Origin: Alphaproteobacteria bacterium | Lineage (GTDB): Bacteria; Pseudomonadota; Alphaproteobacteria; Micavibrionales; UBA1664 | Direction of reading: 5' to 3' | Assembly: GCA_018969935.1 (NCBI GenBank) | Contig: JAGWXJ010000001.1 | Span: forward strand, 1-42,827 | DNA: 42,827 bases | Shown here: positions 16,802 to 27,001 of the stretch, one piece after another | Position numbering within the stretch: the first letter of the stretch is position 1 | Layout: each line of letters begins with the position of its first letter | The notes under the pieces: model-generated | Seen by the model: the letters and a program-made list of their open reading frames with translations, nothing else | Databases searched by the model: none | Told to the model about the DNA's origin: nothing | Program-made: the position numbers and the translations under genes

Positions 16802-18178
16802 ATGGCCAAACCTAAAATCTCCTATGCCTGTCAGAATTGCGGCGCCGTCCATCCCAGATGGTCAGGCCACTGCGATGCCTGCGGCGGCTGGAACACAATT
16901 ACCGAGGAAATACAGTCCGCAGCGCCCGTAGGCTCTCTTAAGGCCAAAGGGCCCGCCCGCAGCAATGTGGTCGAATTTGTCGACCTCAAGGGCCAGAACG
17001 CCCCGCTGCCACGCGCCTCCAGCGGCATTGGAGAATGGGACCGCGTAACCGGCGGCGGCCTCGTTCCCGGCTCTGTTACTCTCATTGGCGGTGACCCCGG
17101 CATCGGCAAATCCACTTTGCTTCTGCAACTCGTGGCAGCCCTTGCGCAAAAAAATCTGACCTGCGCCTATATTTCAGGCGAGGAAGCAATCGATCAGGTT
17201 CGCCTGCGCGCCCGCCGTCTGGGCCTTGAACAATCCCCCGTACACTTGGCATCAGCCACATCGGTCCGCGATATCGTCTCAACGCTGGAGCCGCAAAAAG
17301 GCCAGAAAAACCCGTACGATCTGGTTGTCATCGACTCCATACAAACCATGTTCGTGGACACAATCGAATCGGCACCCGGCACAGTCGGGCAAGTCCGCGC
17401 CACGACATCCGAACTCATACGCCTGGCCAAAACACACAACATCACAGTACTTATCGTAGGCCACGTCACCAAGGAAGGCACCATCGCAGGCCCCCGCGTC
17501 CTCGAACACATGGTAGATACCGTGCTGTATTTCGAAGGGGATCGCGGCCACCAGTTCCGTATCCTCCGCGGCGTCAAAAACCGTTTCGGCCCGACCGATG
17601 AAATCGGCGTCTTTGAAATGGGTGGCAAGGGCTTGGCCGAAGTCCCGAACCCATCAGCCCTATTTCTGGCTGAACGCCGCGAGCGCATTTCAGGAAGCGC
17701 CGTATTGGCCGCATTGGAAGGCACAAGGCCAGTACTGGTTGAAGTTCAGGCGCTTGTGGCCCCCACTACTTACTCCGCGCCCAAACGAGCCGTAGTAGGT
17801 TACGACAGCAACCGCCTTTCCATGATACTCGCCGTGCTGGAAGCCCGCTGCGGCATCATGTTTTCAGGGCAGGATGTGTACCTGAATATCGCGGGCGGCC
17901 TCAAGATTGCCGAACCTGCCGCCGACTTGGCAGTCGCAGCCGCCCTGTGTAGTGCCCTTTCAGGCATCGCTATTTCAGGAGACGCGATCATATTCGGCGA
18001 AATTGGCCTCTCGGGCGAAATCCGCCCCGTCCCGCAACCAGATTTACGCTTGAAGGAGGCCGAAAAGCTCGGCTTCAAATCTGCGTACATACCTCAAGGC
18101 AAATCAAAACCATCCGGCCATATGGATTGCCATAGCTTCACCACCCTCGATGATTTTGTGCGTTACCTAAGGGGCTGA
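16802..18178 (+). CDS. radA: DNA repair protein RadA
   Basis: N-terminal zinc ribbon YACQNCGAVHPRWSGHCDACGGWNT, Walker A GGDPGIGKST, KNRFG motif, and a Lon-like C-terminal domain. The ATG at 16802 matches the canonical MAK... start. Confidence 0.95.
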   Translation: MAKPKISYACQNCGAVHPRWSGHCDACGGWNTITEEIQSAAPVGSLKAKGPARSNVVEFVDLKGQNAPLPRASSGIGEWDRVTGGGLVPGSVTLIGGDPGIGKSTLLLQLVAALAQKNLTCAYISGEEAIDQVRLRARRLGLEQSPVHLASATSVRDIVSTLEPQKGQKNPYDLVVIDSIQTMFVDTIESAPGTVGQVRATTSELIRLAKTHNITVLIVGHVTKEGTIAGPRVLEHMVDTVLYFEGDRGHQFRILRGVKNRFGPTDEIGVFEMGGKGLAEVPNPSALFLAERRERISGSAVLAALEGTRPVLVEVQALVAPTTYSAPKRAVVGYDSNRLSMILAVLEARCGIMFSGQDVYLNIAGGLKIAEPAADLAVAAALCSALSGIAISGDAIIFGEIGLSGEIRPVPQPDLRLKEAEKLGFKSAYIPQGKSKPSGHMDCHSFTTLDDFVRYLRG

Positions 18179-18817
18179 GCCGTCACTAGCGCGGCGTTTC
18201 TCGGTATGGTCTTCTATCCACTGGTAACCGGGTAATTGCAGGCGCCAGATAATGGCGGCTGCACGTAACGCAAAGCAGGATGCAACGCCTGCAAGTACAG
18301 CCATGGTTGGCGCATACGTATGCACCACCAGAAATACGGCAGCACCCAGCGCGCAGGCTGTTGCGTATATCTCTTTCCTGATAATCAGGCTCGGCTCCCC
18401 CGCAAGGATGTCGCGGATAATCCCGCCAACAATCGATGTCATGACACCCATGGTAATGCACACGCTCCAGTGCGCGCCCGCATCCAGCGCGATCTTTGCG
18501 CCCGTCACGGTAAATACCGCAACGCCCACGGCATCGCCCCATACAATCCACTTTTGGTAGGATGCCACATGCCGCGCCACAAAAAACATGACGATAGCCG
18601 TCACGACGCAATCAATTAGGTAAAGCGGCTGCTTGACCCAGAATACAGGCAGATTGCCCAGCACCACATCCCGCGCCGTACCGCCGCCAATACCTGTTAC
18701 GGCGGCAAGCAACACAAAGCTCACGATATCCAGCTGCTTTTTGGCCGCCACAAGGCACCCCGTGATGGCAAACACGGCAACCCCAGCGTAATCGATGAAC
18801 AAAAGCAGCTTTTCCAT
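18167..18817 (-). CDS. trimeric intracellular cation channel (TRIC)/UPF0126 family membrane protein
   Basis: Two repeats of the UPF0126 pattern (AITGCLVAAKK...TGIGGGTARDV and VTGAKIALD...SIVGGIIRDI). The ATG at 18817 (MEKLLLF) is chosen to avoid overlapping aroA. Confidence 0.85.
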   Translation of the reverse strand: MEKLLLFIDYAGVAVFAITGCLVAAKKQLDIVSFVLLAAVTGIGGGTARDVVLGNLPVFWVKQPLYLIDCVVTAIVMFFVARHVASYQKWIVWGDAVGVAVFTVTGAKIALDAGAHWSVCITMGVMTSIVGGIIRDILAGEPSLIIRKEIYATACALGAAVFLVVHTYAPTMAVLAGVASCFALRAAAIIWRLQLPGYQWIEDHTEKRRASDGSAP

Positions 18818-18859
18818 CAGGATATTGTACCCGCACCGCGGGTTTAGTAAAAGGATGGC

Positions 18860-20164
18860 ATGACAACGCTCACATCTGCCAAAGCTTCCCCCCTCAAAGG
18901 CACCATCAAGGTGCCGGGTGATAAATCCATGTCCCACCGCGCCGTTATGTTCGGCGCGCTGGCTGAGGGCACGACAACCGTAACCGGCCTTCTGGAAGGC
19001 GAGGACGTTCTAAGCACCGCTGCCGCCATGCGCGCCATGGGTGCCACCGTCAACAAGCAGGGCGATACCTGGACCATCACGGGCGTTGGCACCAAAGGCC
19101 TCAGCCAGCCAGCCGAAACACTGGACCTTGGCAACAGCGGCACATCCGCCCGCCTAATTACGGGCATCATTGCAGGCTACCCCATCAAGGCGACCATGAC
19201 GGGCGACGCATCGCTCACCAAGCGCCCCATGAAGCGCGTGATGGATCCCCTTACCCAAATGGGCGCAAGCTTCCAGTCCAACGACGGCAAAATGCCCATG
19301 ACGGTGCAGGGCAGCGCTGCCTTGCAAGCCATGCACTACGATATGCCTGTGGCATCGGCACAGGTGAAATCCGCCGTTATTCTTGCAGGGTTGAATGCAC
19401 AAGGCACAACATCGGTACGGGAACCGAAGCCCAGCCGTGACCACACCGAGCGCATGCTCGGCGCATTCGGTGTATCCTGCACAACGGATGGAAATGTCGT
19501 CAGCATCAAGGGTGGCCAAAGGCTAAAGGCTCCTGCAAATACAGTCGTCGTGCCGGGTGATCCGTCATCGGCGGCATTCGCCATCGTTGCTGCGTTATTA
19601 ATCGAAGGCAGCGAAATCATCATCGAAAACGTTGGCCTCAACCCAACCCGTACGGGCCTCTTTGATACGCTGCGCGATATGGGCGGCCACCTTGAAATCA
19701 TCAACCGCCGTGATGTAGGCGGTGAACCGGTGGGCGATTTGCGCGTCAAACACTCCAGTCTCAAAGGCACAACCGTGCCCGTTTCGCGCGTCCCCTCCAT
19801 GATTGACGAATTCCCCGTACTTTTCGTGGCCGCCGCCTGCGCGGACGGTGAAACCTTCTGCGATAGCCTCGATGAACTGCGCGTAAAGGAAAGTGACAGG
19901 CTCAAAACAATGGCCGAAAACCTGACTGCATGCGGCGTAAAATGCGAGGAAGGCGAAATGTCCCTCCGCATCTTCGGCAATGGCACACCGCCCAAAGGCG
20001 GCGCTACGGTCAAAACGCACCTCGATCACCGTATTGCCATGGCGCATCTGGTTTTGGGCGCTGTATCACAGCAACCTGTAAGCATTGATGATGCCGCTGC
20101 CATCGCAACCAGCTTCCCCGGCTTTGTCGCACTCATGAACAATCTGGGCACTCGGATGGGATAG
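18860..20164 (+). CDS. aroA: 3-phosphoshikimate 1-carboxyvinyltransferase (EPSP synthase)
   Basis: PGDKSMSHRAVMF, LGNSGTSARL, RVKESDRL, DHRIAMA. Confidence 0.95.
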   Translation: MTTLTSAKASPLKGTIKVPGDKSMSHRAVMFGALAEGTTTVTGLLEGEDVLSTAAAMRAMGATVNKQGDTWTITGVGTKGLSQPAETLDLGNSGTSARLITGIIAGYPIKATMTGDASLTKRPMKRVMDPLTQMGASFQSNDGKMPMTVQGSAALQAMHYDMPVASAQVKSAVILAGLNAQGTTSVREPKPSRDHTERMLGAFGVSCTTDGNVVSIKGGQRLKAPANTVVVPGDPSSAAFAIVAALLIEGSEIIIENVGLNPTRTGLFDTLRDMGGHLEIINRRDVGGEPVGDLRVKHSSLKGTTVPVSRVPSMIDEFPVLFVAAACADGETFCDSLDELRVKESDRLKTMAENLTACGVKCEEGEMSLRIFGNGTPPKGGATVKTHLDHRIAMAHLVLGAVSQQPVSIDDAAAIATSFPGFVALMNNLGTRMG

Positions 20165-20166
20165 CA

Positions 20167-20718
20167 ATGGGCAAAAGAACCGTAATTGCAGCACTCACAT
20201 TTGCAATCGCGGCCATGGCGCCTGACCAAACGGCGTTACCTTGGCAAACACAGGCCGTCACCAACAGCCAAACGCCCGAAAACACACTCATTGCCGTATT
20301 CACGGGCGATAAGGGCCGCATACCGGAAGGTTTGCGCCTGCTATCCGAAAAAGCGGGCAACCATCTCCTCATCTCGGGATATGATCTTCCTATCTGTTAC
20401 GAGTGCCGCGCCGCAGCCAGTGAAGGGCAGGAAGTACTGCTTGATACAAAAGCCAAGAACACGCGTGAAAACGCAATAAACACCGCCCGTATCGCACGCG
20501 AGGGCAATTACAGCCACATCATCCTCGTAACATCCGATTACCACATGGAAAGATCGTTTTATCTGCTGCGCAATCGCTTGCGGGATACGCGTATCACAAT
20601 CCACCCGTACCCTGTGGTATCGGAAACCAACTTAAGACCGGCTATTGAAAGCGAACGTTGGAAAATGTGGGTTACGCGACGCGGTATAGAAACAAGCCTG
20701 CGACATTATCTTCGATAG
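20167..20718 (+). CDS. YdcF/ElyC (DUF218) family protein
   Basis: N-terminal signal or anchor. LLISGYD...KAKNTRENA...IILVTSDYHMERS is typical of DUF218. Confidence 0.8.
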   Translation: MGKRTVIAALTFAIAAMAPDQTALPWQTQAVTNSQTPENTLIAVFTGDKGRIPEGLRLLSEKAGNHLLISGYDLPICYECRAAASEGQEVLLDTKAKNTRENAINTARIAREGNYSHIILVTSDYHMERSFYLLRNRLRDTRITIHPYPVVSETNLRPAIESERWKMWVTRRGIETSLRHYLR

Positions 20719-20772
20719 CACCATATTTTGGGGCCTTTTTAATTTCACAATTTGACTTTAGAGTACCCATAT

Positions 20773-21438
20773 ATGGCAACACCAATCATTACCATCGACG
20801 GCCCTGCGGCATCTGGCAAAGGCACCTTGGCCAAGCGGCTTGCCTCCACCCTCGGCTTCTACTATCTCGACTCCGGGGCGATATACCGCCTCCTCGCCCT
20901 CAAAATCCTGAGCGAGGGTCTGGACCCCGACAACGAAGACCAATGCGTTAAGGCCGCCCGCGCCTTCGTCCCCGAATTTGACCCTGCACGCATGTCCATC
21001 CCCGATATCCGCACCGAACGCGTATCCGACGCAACCTCGCGTTCCTCACGCTTTGAAGGGGTGCGCGCGGCCCTTCTGGAAATCCAGCGCGGTGTCGCCC
21101 ATAACCCGCCGGCACCCTTTAAGGGCGCTGTATTGGAAGGGCGCGACACGGGCACTGTTGTCTGCCCCGATGCCGACCTCAAGATTTTCCTGACCGCAAC
21201 AGCCGAGGCTCGCGCCCAAAGGCGTACAAAAGAGTTGCTTTCCCGCGGGGAAACCGTTACATACGAGGCCGTCCTGCAGAATTTGAAAGAACGCGATGAG
21301 CGTGACTCCACCCGCGCAGTGGCCCCGTTGAAACCGGCACAAGATGCGGCAACGGTCGACACCAGCGGAATGGATGCGGATGCGGCCTTGGGCTTTGTGC
21401 TCGATCTGGTTCGCAAACGCCTTGCAAGCGCTGCCTGA
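20773..21438 (+). CDS. cmk: cytidylate kinase
   Basis: ITIDGPAASGKGTLAK P-loop, YLDSGAIYR, GRDTGTVV. ATG at 20773. Confidence 0.93.
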   Translation: MATPIITIDGPAASGKGTLAKRLASTLGFYYLDSGAIYRLLALKILSEGLDPDNEDQCVKAARAFVPEFDPARMSIPDIRTERVSDATSRSSRFEGVRAALLEIQRGVAHNPPAPFKGAVLEGRDTGTVVCPDADLKIFLTATAEARAQRRTKELLSRGETVTYEAVLQNLKERDERDSTRAVAPLKPAQDAATVDTSGMDADAALGFVLDLVRKRLASAA

Positions 21439-21662
21439 CAACCGCCTGCCACTGAAGCCTTTTTAGGCCGTCAAACAGGAAGCAAAGCGGTACTTCACCC
21501 AAAGGGTGGCAAGTTTATTGAAGTATTTTGTGCCTAAATCCCCACGCGTATCCAACCGCAGCTGAGGCGTATTTTAGTACGTCTTCTAGCGGTTTTTTGC
21601 TGTGTGCGATTTACAGGCCTTAAGAAAAAATCACTGCCGCCCATAACAAGGAAACCCAAACA

Positions 21663-23459
21663 ATGGCTCGTATAGCAGCTCAACTCAAGGACCGCGAAGA
21701 ATCCAAAATTTTCGCAGCCCTTCTTAACGAAACAGTAAAACCACAGACCGCCTTCGAAGGCACCGTCGTGAAAGGCCGCATCATCGGCTTCACCCCTGAC
21801 GATGTCATCGTGGACGTCGGTCTGAAATCCGAAGGCCGCGTTCCCATGAAGGAATTCGGTTTCGCCGCCCAAAAAGGCTCCATGAACGTTGGCGACATCA
21901 TCGAAGTGTTCGTCGAACGCGTGGAAGACCGTCAGGGCGAAGCAGTACTCTCCCGCGAAAAAGCGAAACGCGAGGAAGCTTGGAGCGAACTCGAGCGCCT
22001 GCACCTCAAAAACGAGCGTGTTAACGGCGTTATCTTCGGCAAAGTCAAAGGCGGCTTTACCGTTGACCTCAACGGCGCTGTGGCATTCCTGCCCGGCTCG
22101 CAAGTTGATATCCGCCCCGTCAAGGACATCGGTCCTCTCTTCGGCACACCGCAACCTTTCCTCATCCTGAAAATGGACCACGCACGCGGCAACATCGTTG
22201 TTTCGCGCCGCGCAGTTCTGGAAGAGTCGCGCGCAGAAGCCCGTACGGACCTCATGGCCCAGATGGAAGAAGGCCGCGTTCTGCAAGGCGTTGTCAAGAA
22301 CATCACCGATTACGGTGCGTTCATCGACCTCGGCGGCGTGGATGGTCTTCTCCACGTCACGGACATCTCGTGGAAACGCGTCAACCACCCATCCGAAGTT
22401 CTGCAGATCGGCCAGTCGCTCGACGTCATGGTCATCCGCTACAACAAGGAAACGGGCCGCGTATCCCTCGGTCTGAAACAGCTGGAAAAAGATCCATGGG
22501 AAGGCGCCGAGCGCCGTTACCAGTCTGGCCAGCGCTTCAAAGGCCGCATCTCCAACATCACGGACTACGGCGCCTTCGTTGAACTCGAAGACGGCGTTGA
22601 AGGTCTTGTGCACGTGTCGGAAATGTCCTGGACCAAGAAGAACGTCCACCCCGGCAAAATCGTTTCGACCTCTCAGGAAGTCGAAGTGGTCGTGCTCGAT
22701 GTCGACATGGAAAAACGCCGCATTTCGCTTGGCATCAAACAATGCCAGCCGAACCCGTGGAAAGCATTCGCTGACAGCCACAACGTTGGCGATGTCATCG
22801 AAGGCGAAGCCCGCAACGTCACTGAATTCGGTGTGTTCGTGGCACTCGACGCGGAAATCGACGGCATGGTCCACATGTCCGATATCTCGTGGGAAGTACC
22901 CGCTGAAGAAGCCATCAAAACGGTTGCCAAAGGCTCCACCGTCAAGGCCAAAATCCTTGAGATGGACCCCGAGAAAGAGCGCGTTGCTCTTGGTATCAAG
23001 CAACTGACGGAAAAACCGGCAAACGCCATCGAATCGACCCGCAAGGGCAAGTCCGAAGGCGAAGCCGCTGCCGCAGGCGCTTCCGCGAAGAAAGGCGACG
23101 TTGTCACCTGCACGGTTTCGGCCGTGGAACAGGACGGCATCCACGTCACCCTCTCCGATGGCTCGAAAGGCTACATCAAACGCAACGACCTCTCCCGCGA
23201 ACGTTCGGAGCAACGCCCCGACCGCTTTGCAGTCGGCGAGAAAGTCGATGCCAAAATCGTGGCAACCGGCAAGAAAGGCGAAGTCAGCCTTTCCATCAAG
23301 GCCCGCGAAATCGACGAAGACAAAGCCGCAATGGCCGAGTACGGTTCGTCGGATTCAGGCGCCTCGCTTGGTGACATCCTTGGCGCAGCCCTTGGCCGTG
23401 AAGCCGAAGCTGCCGAGAAGCCCAAGAAAAAAGCTTCCAAGAAAAAAGACGCTGAATAA
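21663..23459 (+). CDS. rpsA: 30S ribosomal protein S1
   Basis: Six S1 repeats (for example GVVKNITDYGAFIDLGGVDGLLHVTDISW and GRISNITDYGAFVELEDGVEGLVHVSEMSW). Long 5' leader. Confidence 0.97.
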   Translation: MARIAAQLKDREESKIFAALLNETVKPQTAFEGTVVKGRIIGFTPDDVIVDVGLKSEGRVPMKEFGFAAQKGSMNVGDIIEVFVERVEDRQGEAVLSREKAKREEAWSELERLHLKNERVNGVIFGKVKGGFTVDLNGAVAFLPGSQVDIRPVKDIGPLFGTPQPFLILKMDHARGNIVVSRRAVLEESRAEARTDLMAQMEEGRVLQGVVKNITDYGAFIDLGGVDGLLHVTDISWKRVNHPSEVLQIGQSLDVMVIRYNKETGRVSLGLKQLEKDPWEGAERRYQSGQRFKGRISNITDYGAFVELEDGVEGLVHVSEMSWTKKNVHPGKIVSTSQEVEVVVLDVDMEKRRISLGIKQCQPNPWKAFADSHNVGDVIEGEARNVTEFGVFVALDAEIDGMVHMSDISWEVPAEEAIKTVAKGSTVKAKILEMDPEKERVALGIKQLTEKPANAIESTRKGKSEGEAAAAGASAKKGDVVTCTVSAVEQDGIHVTLSDGSKGYIKRNDLSRERSEQRPDRFAVGEKVDAKIVATGKKGEVSLSIKAREIDEDKAAMAEYGSSDSGASLGDILGAALGREAEAAEKPKKKASKKKDAE

Positions 23460-23480
23460 TCTGATCAGCCTCTGAAAGTC

Positions 23481-23511
23481 AAAACCCCCGCCTCGACAGC
23501 GGGGGTTTTTT
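23481..23511 (+). terminator. rho-independent terminator of rpsA
   Basis: AAAACCCCCGC-CTCGACA-GCGGGGGTTTTTT. Confidence 0.8.
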
Positions 23512-23528
23512 CATGCTCAAATTGGTAC

Positions 23529-23738
23529 ATGGAAAAATATCGCAAACTCATTATCTCGCAATTCTGTGCACTGGGCGCGGTTGGTGCTGCCATCCTTGGC
23601 TTCCTGCGCTACCAGCAGGTGCATAGCCTGACAGACCAGATGACGCTCAGCTTCATCCTGTTCGCAGTTGTTCTGTTTGCAATGGAAGTCAGGCTCGTCC
23701 TCGGCTGGATTGCCGAAAAAAAACAGTCCAAAGTTTAG
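23529..23738 (+). CDS. small putative membrane protein (69 aa, two hydrophobic helices)
   Basis: ATG ORF after the rpsA terminator. Hydrophobic helices LGAVGAAILGFL and LSFILFAVVLFAM. Its 3' end overlaps the acyl-CoA ligase stop by 4 nt. Confidence 0.4.
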   Translation: MEKYRKLIISQFCALGAVGAAILGFLRYQQVHSLTDQMTLSFILFAVVLFAMEVRLVLGWIAEKKQSKV

Positions 23739-25414
23739 CCCGCGCGGTCCTTGGCGGCTACATCCTTGCGGCTTAGTTTGCCGATAAGGGTTTTGGGTAA
23801 CGGCGTGTCCGATATTTCTATGGCGCGCGGCACCTCAGTAGGTGTCAGCTGCTCTTTCAAAAACGCTTTCAGCGCCCCCGCATCCAGCGTTACACCGGCC
23901 TTCGGGTGCACCCATGCCTTTACCATCTCGCCGCGCTGCGGGTCAGGCACACCGGCCACAATACATTCGGCAACGCCACCATACTGGTAAATCACATCTT
24001 CAACGTTTCGCGGATATACCTTGAAGCCGTTGACGATAATCATGTCCTTGATACGGTCTACAATCCGCACATACCCCTGCGTATCCATGGTGGCAACGTC
24101 ACCCGTATGCAAACGGCCATCGCGCAGCACGGCTGCCGTTTCATCTGGCTTGTTCCAGTATTCTTTCATCACTTGGGGCCCGCGCACACAAAGCTCGCCC
24201 TTCTCGCCCAGCGGCATCAACGTCACGCCGTCCTCAAGGGACACGATTTCAACGACCGTACCGCAAACAGGCAACCCGATAGACCCCGCGGCGTTGGACC
24301 CCGCAGTCGGGTTCACGCATACAACTGGCGAAGTTTCGGACAAGCCGTAACCTTCCACCACCACGGCGCCCGTCAGGTCCTCGAAAGTTTTTTTAACCTC
24401 GACCGGCAAAGGCGCCCCACCCGATACGCAGTACTGGATGGATGACAAATCGTACTTAGTTCCCGCGGCTTTTTGCGCAATCGCGTTATAAATAGCGGGC
24501 ACGGCGGGAAACAGCTTCGGCTTCTTTTTTGATATGATTTTGAGCGTTTCCTCGACATCGAATTTCGGTGTGGCGATGATTTCCCACCCCAGCCGCACAC
24601 CAAAGTTAAGGACTGCTGTCATCGAAAAAGCATGGAAGAAGGGGATAACGCCAAGCATCTTCCCGTCCCCCTCGCTCGCCTCGGGGAACCACAGGCGGCA
24701 CTGCTCCACATTGGCGGTTATATTTGCATGCGTAAGGGCTGCCGCTTTGGGCACACCCGTGGTACCACCCGTGTATTGCAACAGTGCTATGTCGTTTGCG
24801 GGGTCTATGGGCACGGCAGCAGGTATGCCGTCGTTATGCGTTAGCTCGTCAAAGGCAAGGTAATCGCCGTTATGGGCATCTGCGGCAATATCCTTCCATT
24901 TGATAACAGGAAACAGGAGGTTTTTGGGGAACGGCAGCACATCCACAAAACGGCACACCACAAGGTTTTCAAGCTTGGTCTGGTGCAGCACATCCACTGC
25001 TTTGGAAAACATCGGCTCGAGGTCCAGTGTCACCAGATATTTGGCGCCTGAATCGTCAATATGGTGTTTGACCTCGCGCTCCGCATATAGCGGGTTGAGG
25101 TTCACGATGATGCCTCCTGCCTTCAGTATCCCGTAATAGCAGGCTGCATAAAACGGGCAGTTGGGCAGCATGAGCGCCACGCGGTCACCCTTTTGCAGGC
25201 CTCGTTCCTGAAAGCCCTTGGCCACATGGTTGGCGGCAGTAGCAAGCTCGGTCCATGTATACCGCTTGCCAAGATAATCAAAGGCAGGCTTGTCACCGTA
25301 TTTGGCGTGCGCAACATCCAGAAGGTCCGATACGGGGTAAATGCGTATCTCGGCATCCCAGCTTACGCCGGGCGCATAACTTTTGGACCATATATCGGGC
25401 GTATAAGGGTTCAT
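23735..25414 (-). CDS. fadD: long-chain-fatty-acid--CoA ligase / AMP-dependent synthetase
   Basis: AMP-binding motif LQYTGGTTGVPKAAALTH, with YGLSETSP, GDVATMDTQGYVRIVDRIKD and PKTLIGKLSRK. Confidence 0.9.
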   Translation of the reverse strand: MNPYTPDIWSKSYAPGVSWDAEIRIYPVSDLLDVAHAKYGDKPAFDYLGKRYTWTELATAANHVAKGFQERGLQKGDRVALMLPNCPFYAACYYGILKAGGIIVNLNPLYAEREVKHHIDDSGAKYLVTLDLEPMFSKAVDVLHQTKLENLVVCRFVDVLPFPKNLLFPVIKWKDIAADAHNGDYLAFDELTHNDGIPAAVPIDPANDIALLQYTGGTTGVPKAAALTHANITANVEQCRLWFPEASEGDGKMLGVIPFFHAFSMTAVLNFGVRLGWEIIATPKFDVEETLKIISKKKPKLFPAVPAIYNAIAQKAAGTKYDLSSIQYCVSGGAPLPVEVKKTFEDLTGAVVVEGYGLSETSPVVCVNPTAGSNAAGSIGLPVCGTVVEIVSLEDGVTLMPLGEKGELCVRGPQVMKEYWNKPDETAAVLRDGRLHTGDVATMDTQGYVRIVDRIKDMIIVNGFKVYPRNVEDVIYQYGGVAECIVAGVPDPQRGEMVKAWVHPKAGVTLDAGALKAFLKEQLTPTEVPRAIEISDTPLPKTLIGKLSRKDVAAKDRAG

Positions 25415-25429
25415 CCGATAATTATACCA

Positions 25430-26161
25430 TCAATAGACTTCATGCACGGCTGATAAAAATTGCTGCAACCGCGCTGTTTTGGGGGCGTCCAGTATGTCAG
25501 GCCCGCCCCGCTCGGCCACGGTGCCGCCATCCATGAAAACGATCTGGTCGGCGCTTTTGCGGGCAAAGCCAATTTGGTGGGTTATCAGGAACACCCCTAT
25601 ATTACGCTCCTTAAGGTGTCCCAGTTTCGTCAGGATCTTGACTGTCTGCTCCACATCCAGGGCCGATGTTATTTCATCCAGCAGCAAATACCGTGGGTTA
25701 AGGATAAGCGCGCGGGCCATGGCCACACGCTGCCGCTGCCCGATAGACGCCTGATTGGGGTAACTGTCGATAAACCCCTGCATTTCAAAAAACGCTATAA
25801 GGCCTTCAATATCCTTCTCGGCCTTGGCAGCATCAATATTGCGGGCAGGCAGCAGTATGTTTTCGCGTAAAGTCAGATGCGGCCACAGGAATAGTGATTG
25901 GAAAACAGCCGTTAGTTTAGGCCATGGCGCAGGGGTGATGGCAGCCCCCTGCTGAAGCGGGAAACTGTAATCCTGCCCATCCAGCGATATGACACCGCTA
26001 TCAGGCAAATCAAGCAACGACAGCGCGCGCAGCAATGTCGTCTTGCCGGTGCCTGATGGGCCAATAACGCACGTAATGGTGCCGGGCGCGATGTCGACAT
26101 TCACATCACGTAAGACGGTCTTGCCGCCAAATGATTTCCCCAGCCCGCGCGTCGTAAGCAT
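25430..26161 (-). CDS. ABC transporter ATP-binding protein (polar amino acid type)
   Basis: Walker A GPSGTGKTT, signature-like SIGQRQRVAMARAL, Walker B LLLDEITSALD. Confidence 0.9.
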   Translation of the reverse strand: MLTTRGLGKSFGGKTVLRDVNVDIAPGTITCVIGPSGTGKTTLLRALSLLDLPDSGVISLDGQDYSFPLQQGAAITPAPWPKLTAVFQSLFLWPHLTLRENILLPARNIDAAKAEKDIEGLIAFFEMQGFIDSYPNQASIGQRQRVAMARALILNPRYLLLDEITSALDVEQTVKILTKLGHLKERNIGVFLITHQIGFARKSADQIVFMDGGTVAERGGPDILDAPKTARLQQFLSAVHEVY

Positions 26162-26997
26162 TATTTCGGTGCCTCGTAAGGCTTAGCCACGCGGAGCAGG
26201 CTACCAGGGTATTTCTCGTACTTCGCAATAATCTTGTCCATGTGCCCGCTATTGATGATCTGGTTGAACGCGTTATCCAGCATGGCTTTGAATTTCACGT
26301 CGTCCATCGGCAAGGCAATCGTATCGGCAAATACGCGCATGGGTGCAAGGCGGGTCACGTTTTTAAGGGTATTGGGGTTCTTGGCTATAAAGTCTTCCGC
26401 CGTCCATGTTTCAAAAAAGCTCGCATCCGCCTTTTTGGTTGAGATAGCCAGAAGCTGCTCGGTTGTATCGCCCATATTCGGCAATGAAAGCACCTTCGCC
26501 TTCGGAAAATCCTGCCGCGCAATGATACCCGACATCTCCCCATCACCACTCACAATGGTCATGCTCTCGTTATCCAGCAGCGTAATATCCATATCAAAGC
26601 GCGTATCATCCACGCGCACATACGCATTCATGGGCGAGTAATAGAGCGGGCGGGAGAAAAACAGATATTTCCCTTCTGCAGGGTTTTCCCAGAAACCCAC
26701 ACAAATGGCATCAACACGGCCGGTACGGATGGAATCGACAGTCGTACCCCAGCCAACTTCCTCGGCCCACTCGATTTTAAGGTCAAGAAGGCGCGCAGCC
26801 TCCTCCATCACTTCGGGTATGATGCCTGAGAATGCCTTGGTGTTGGGGTCAATCATCACGGCTGGCGCGTACGGTATGTACCCGCAACGGATGGTTTTGG
26901 TACGCAGCACGCGGTCATAGGTGCTTTCCTTGGCATCCTCGGCAAAGGCTGGCATGGCAACCAGCAACATCAAGACAATCGCGAATAGTTTTTTCAT
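26161..26997 (-). CDS. ABC transporter substrate-binding protein (family 3 type)
   Basis: ATG at 26997 gives the signal peptide MKKLFAIVLMLLVAMPAFA. SBP_bac_3-like core (IRCGYIPYAP...FSGIIPEVMEEAARLL). Its stop overlaps the ATPase start (TAATG). Confidence 0.85.
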   Translation of the reverse strand: MKKLFAIVLMLLVAMPAFAEDAKESTYDRVLRTKTIRCGYIPYAPAVMIDPNTKAFSGIIPEVMEEAARLLDLKIEWAEEVGWGTTVDSIRTGRVDAICVGFWENPAEGKYLFFSRPLYYSPMNAYVRVDDTRFDMDITLLDNESMTIVSGDGEMSGIIARQDFPKAKVLSLPNMGDTTEQLLAISTKKADASFFETWTAEDFIAKNPNTLKNVTRLAPMRVFADTIALPMDDVKFKAMLDNAFNQIINSGHMDKIIAKYEKYPGSLLRVAKPYEAPK

Positions 26998-27001
26998 GGG
27001 G

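Noticed and set aside
21534-23213. 559-aa ORF on the minus strand, antisense to rpsA
   Set aside because: It lies entirely inside the unmistakable S1 gene. Its translation is Phe/Val/Ala/Gly/Arg-rich low-complexity sequence with no motifs. This is a typical shadow ORF in the frame that shares wobble positions with a GC-biased gene.
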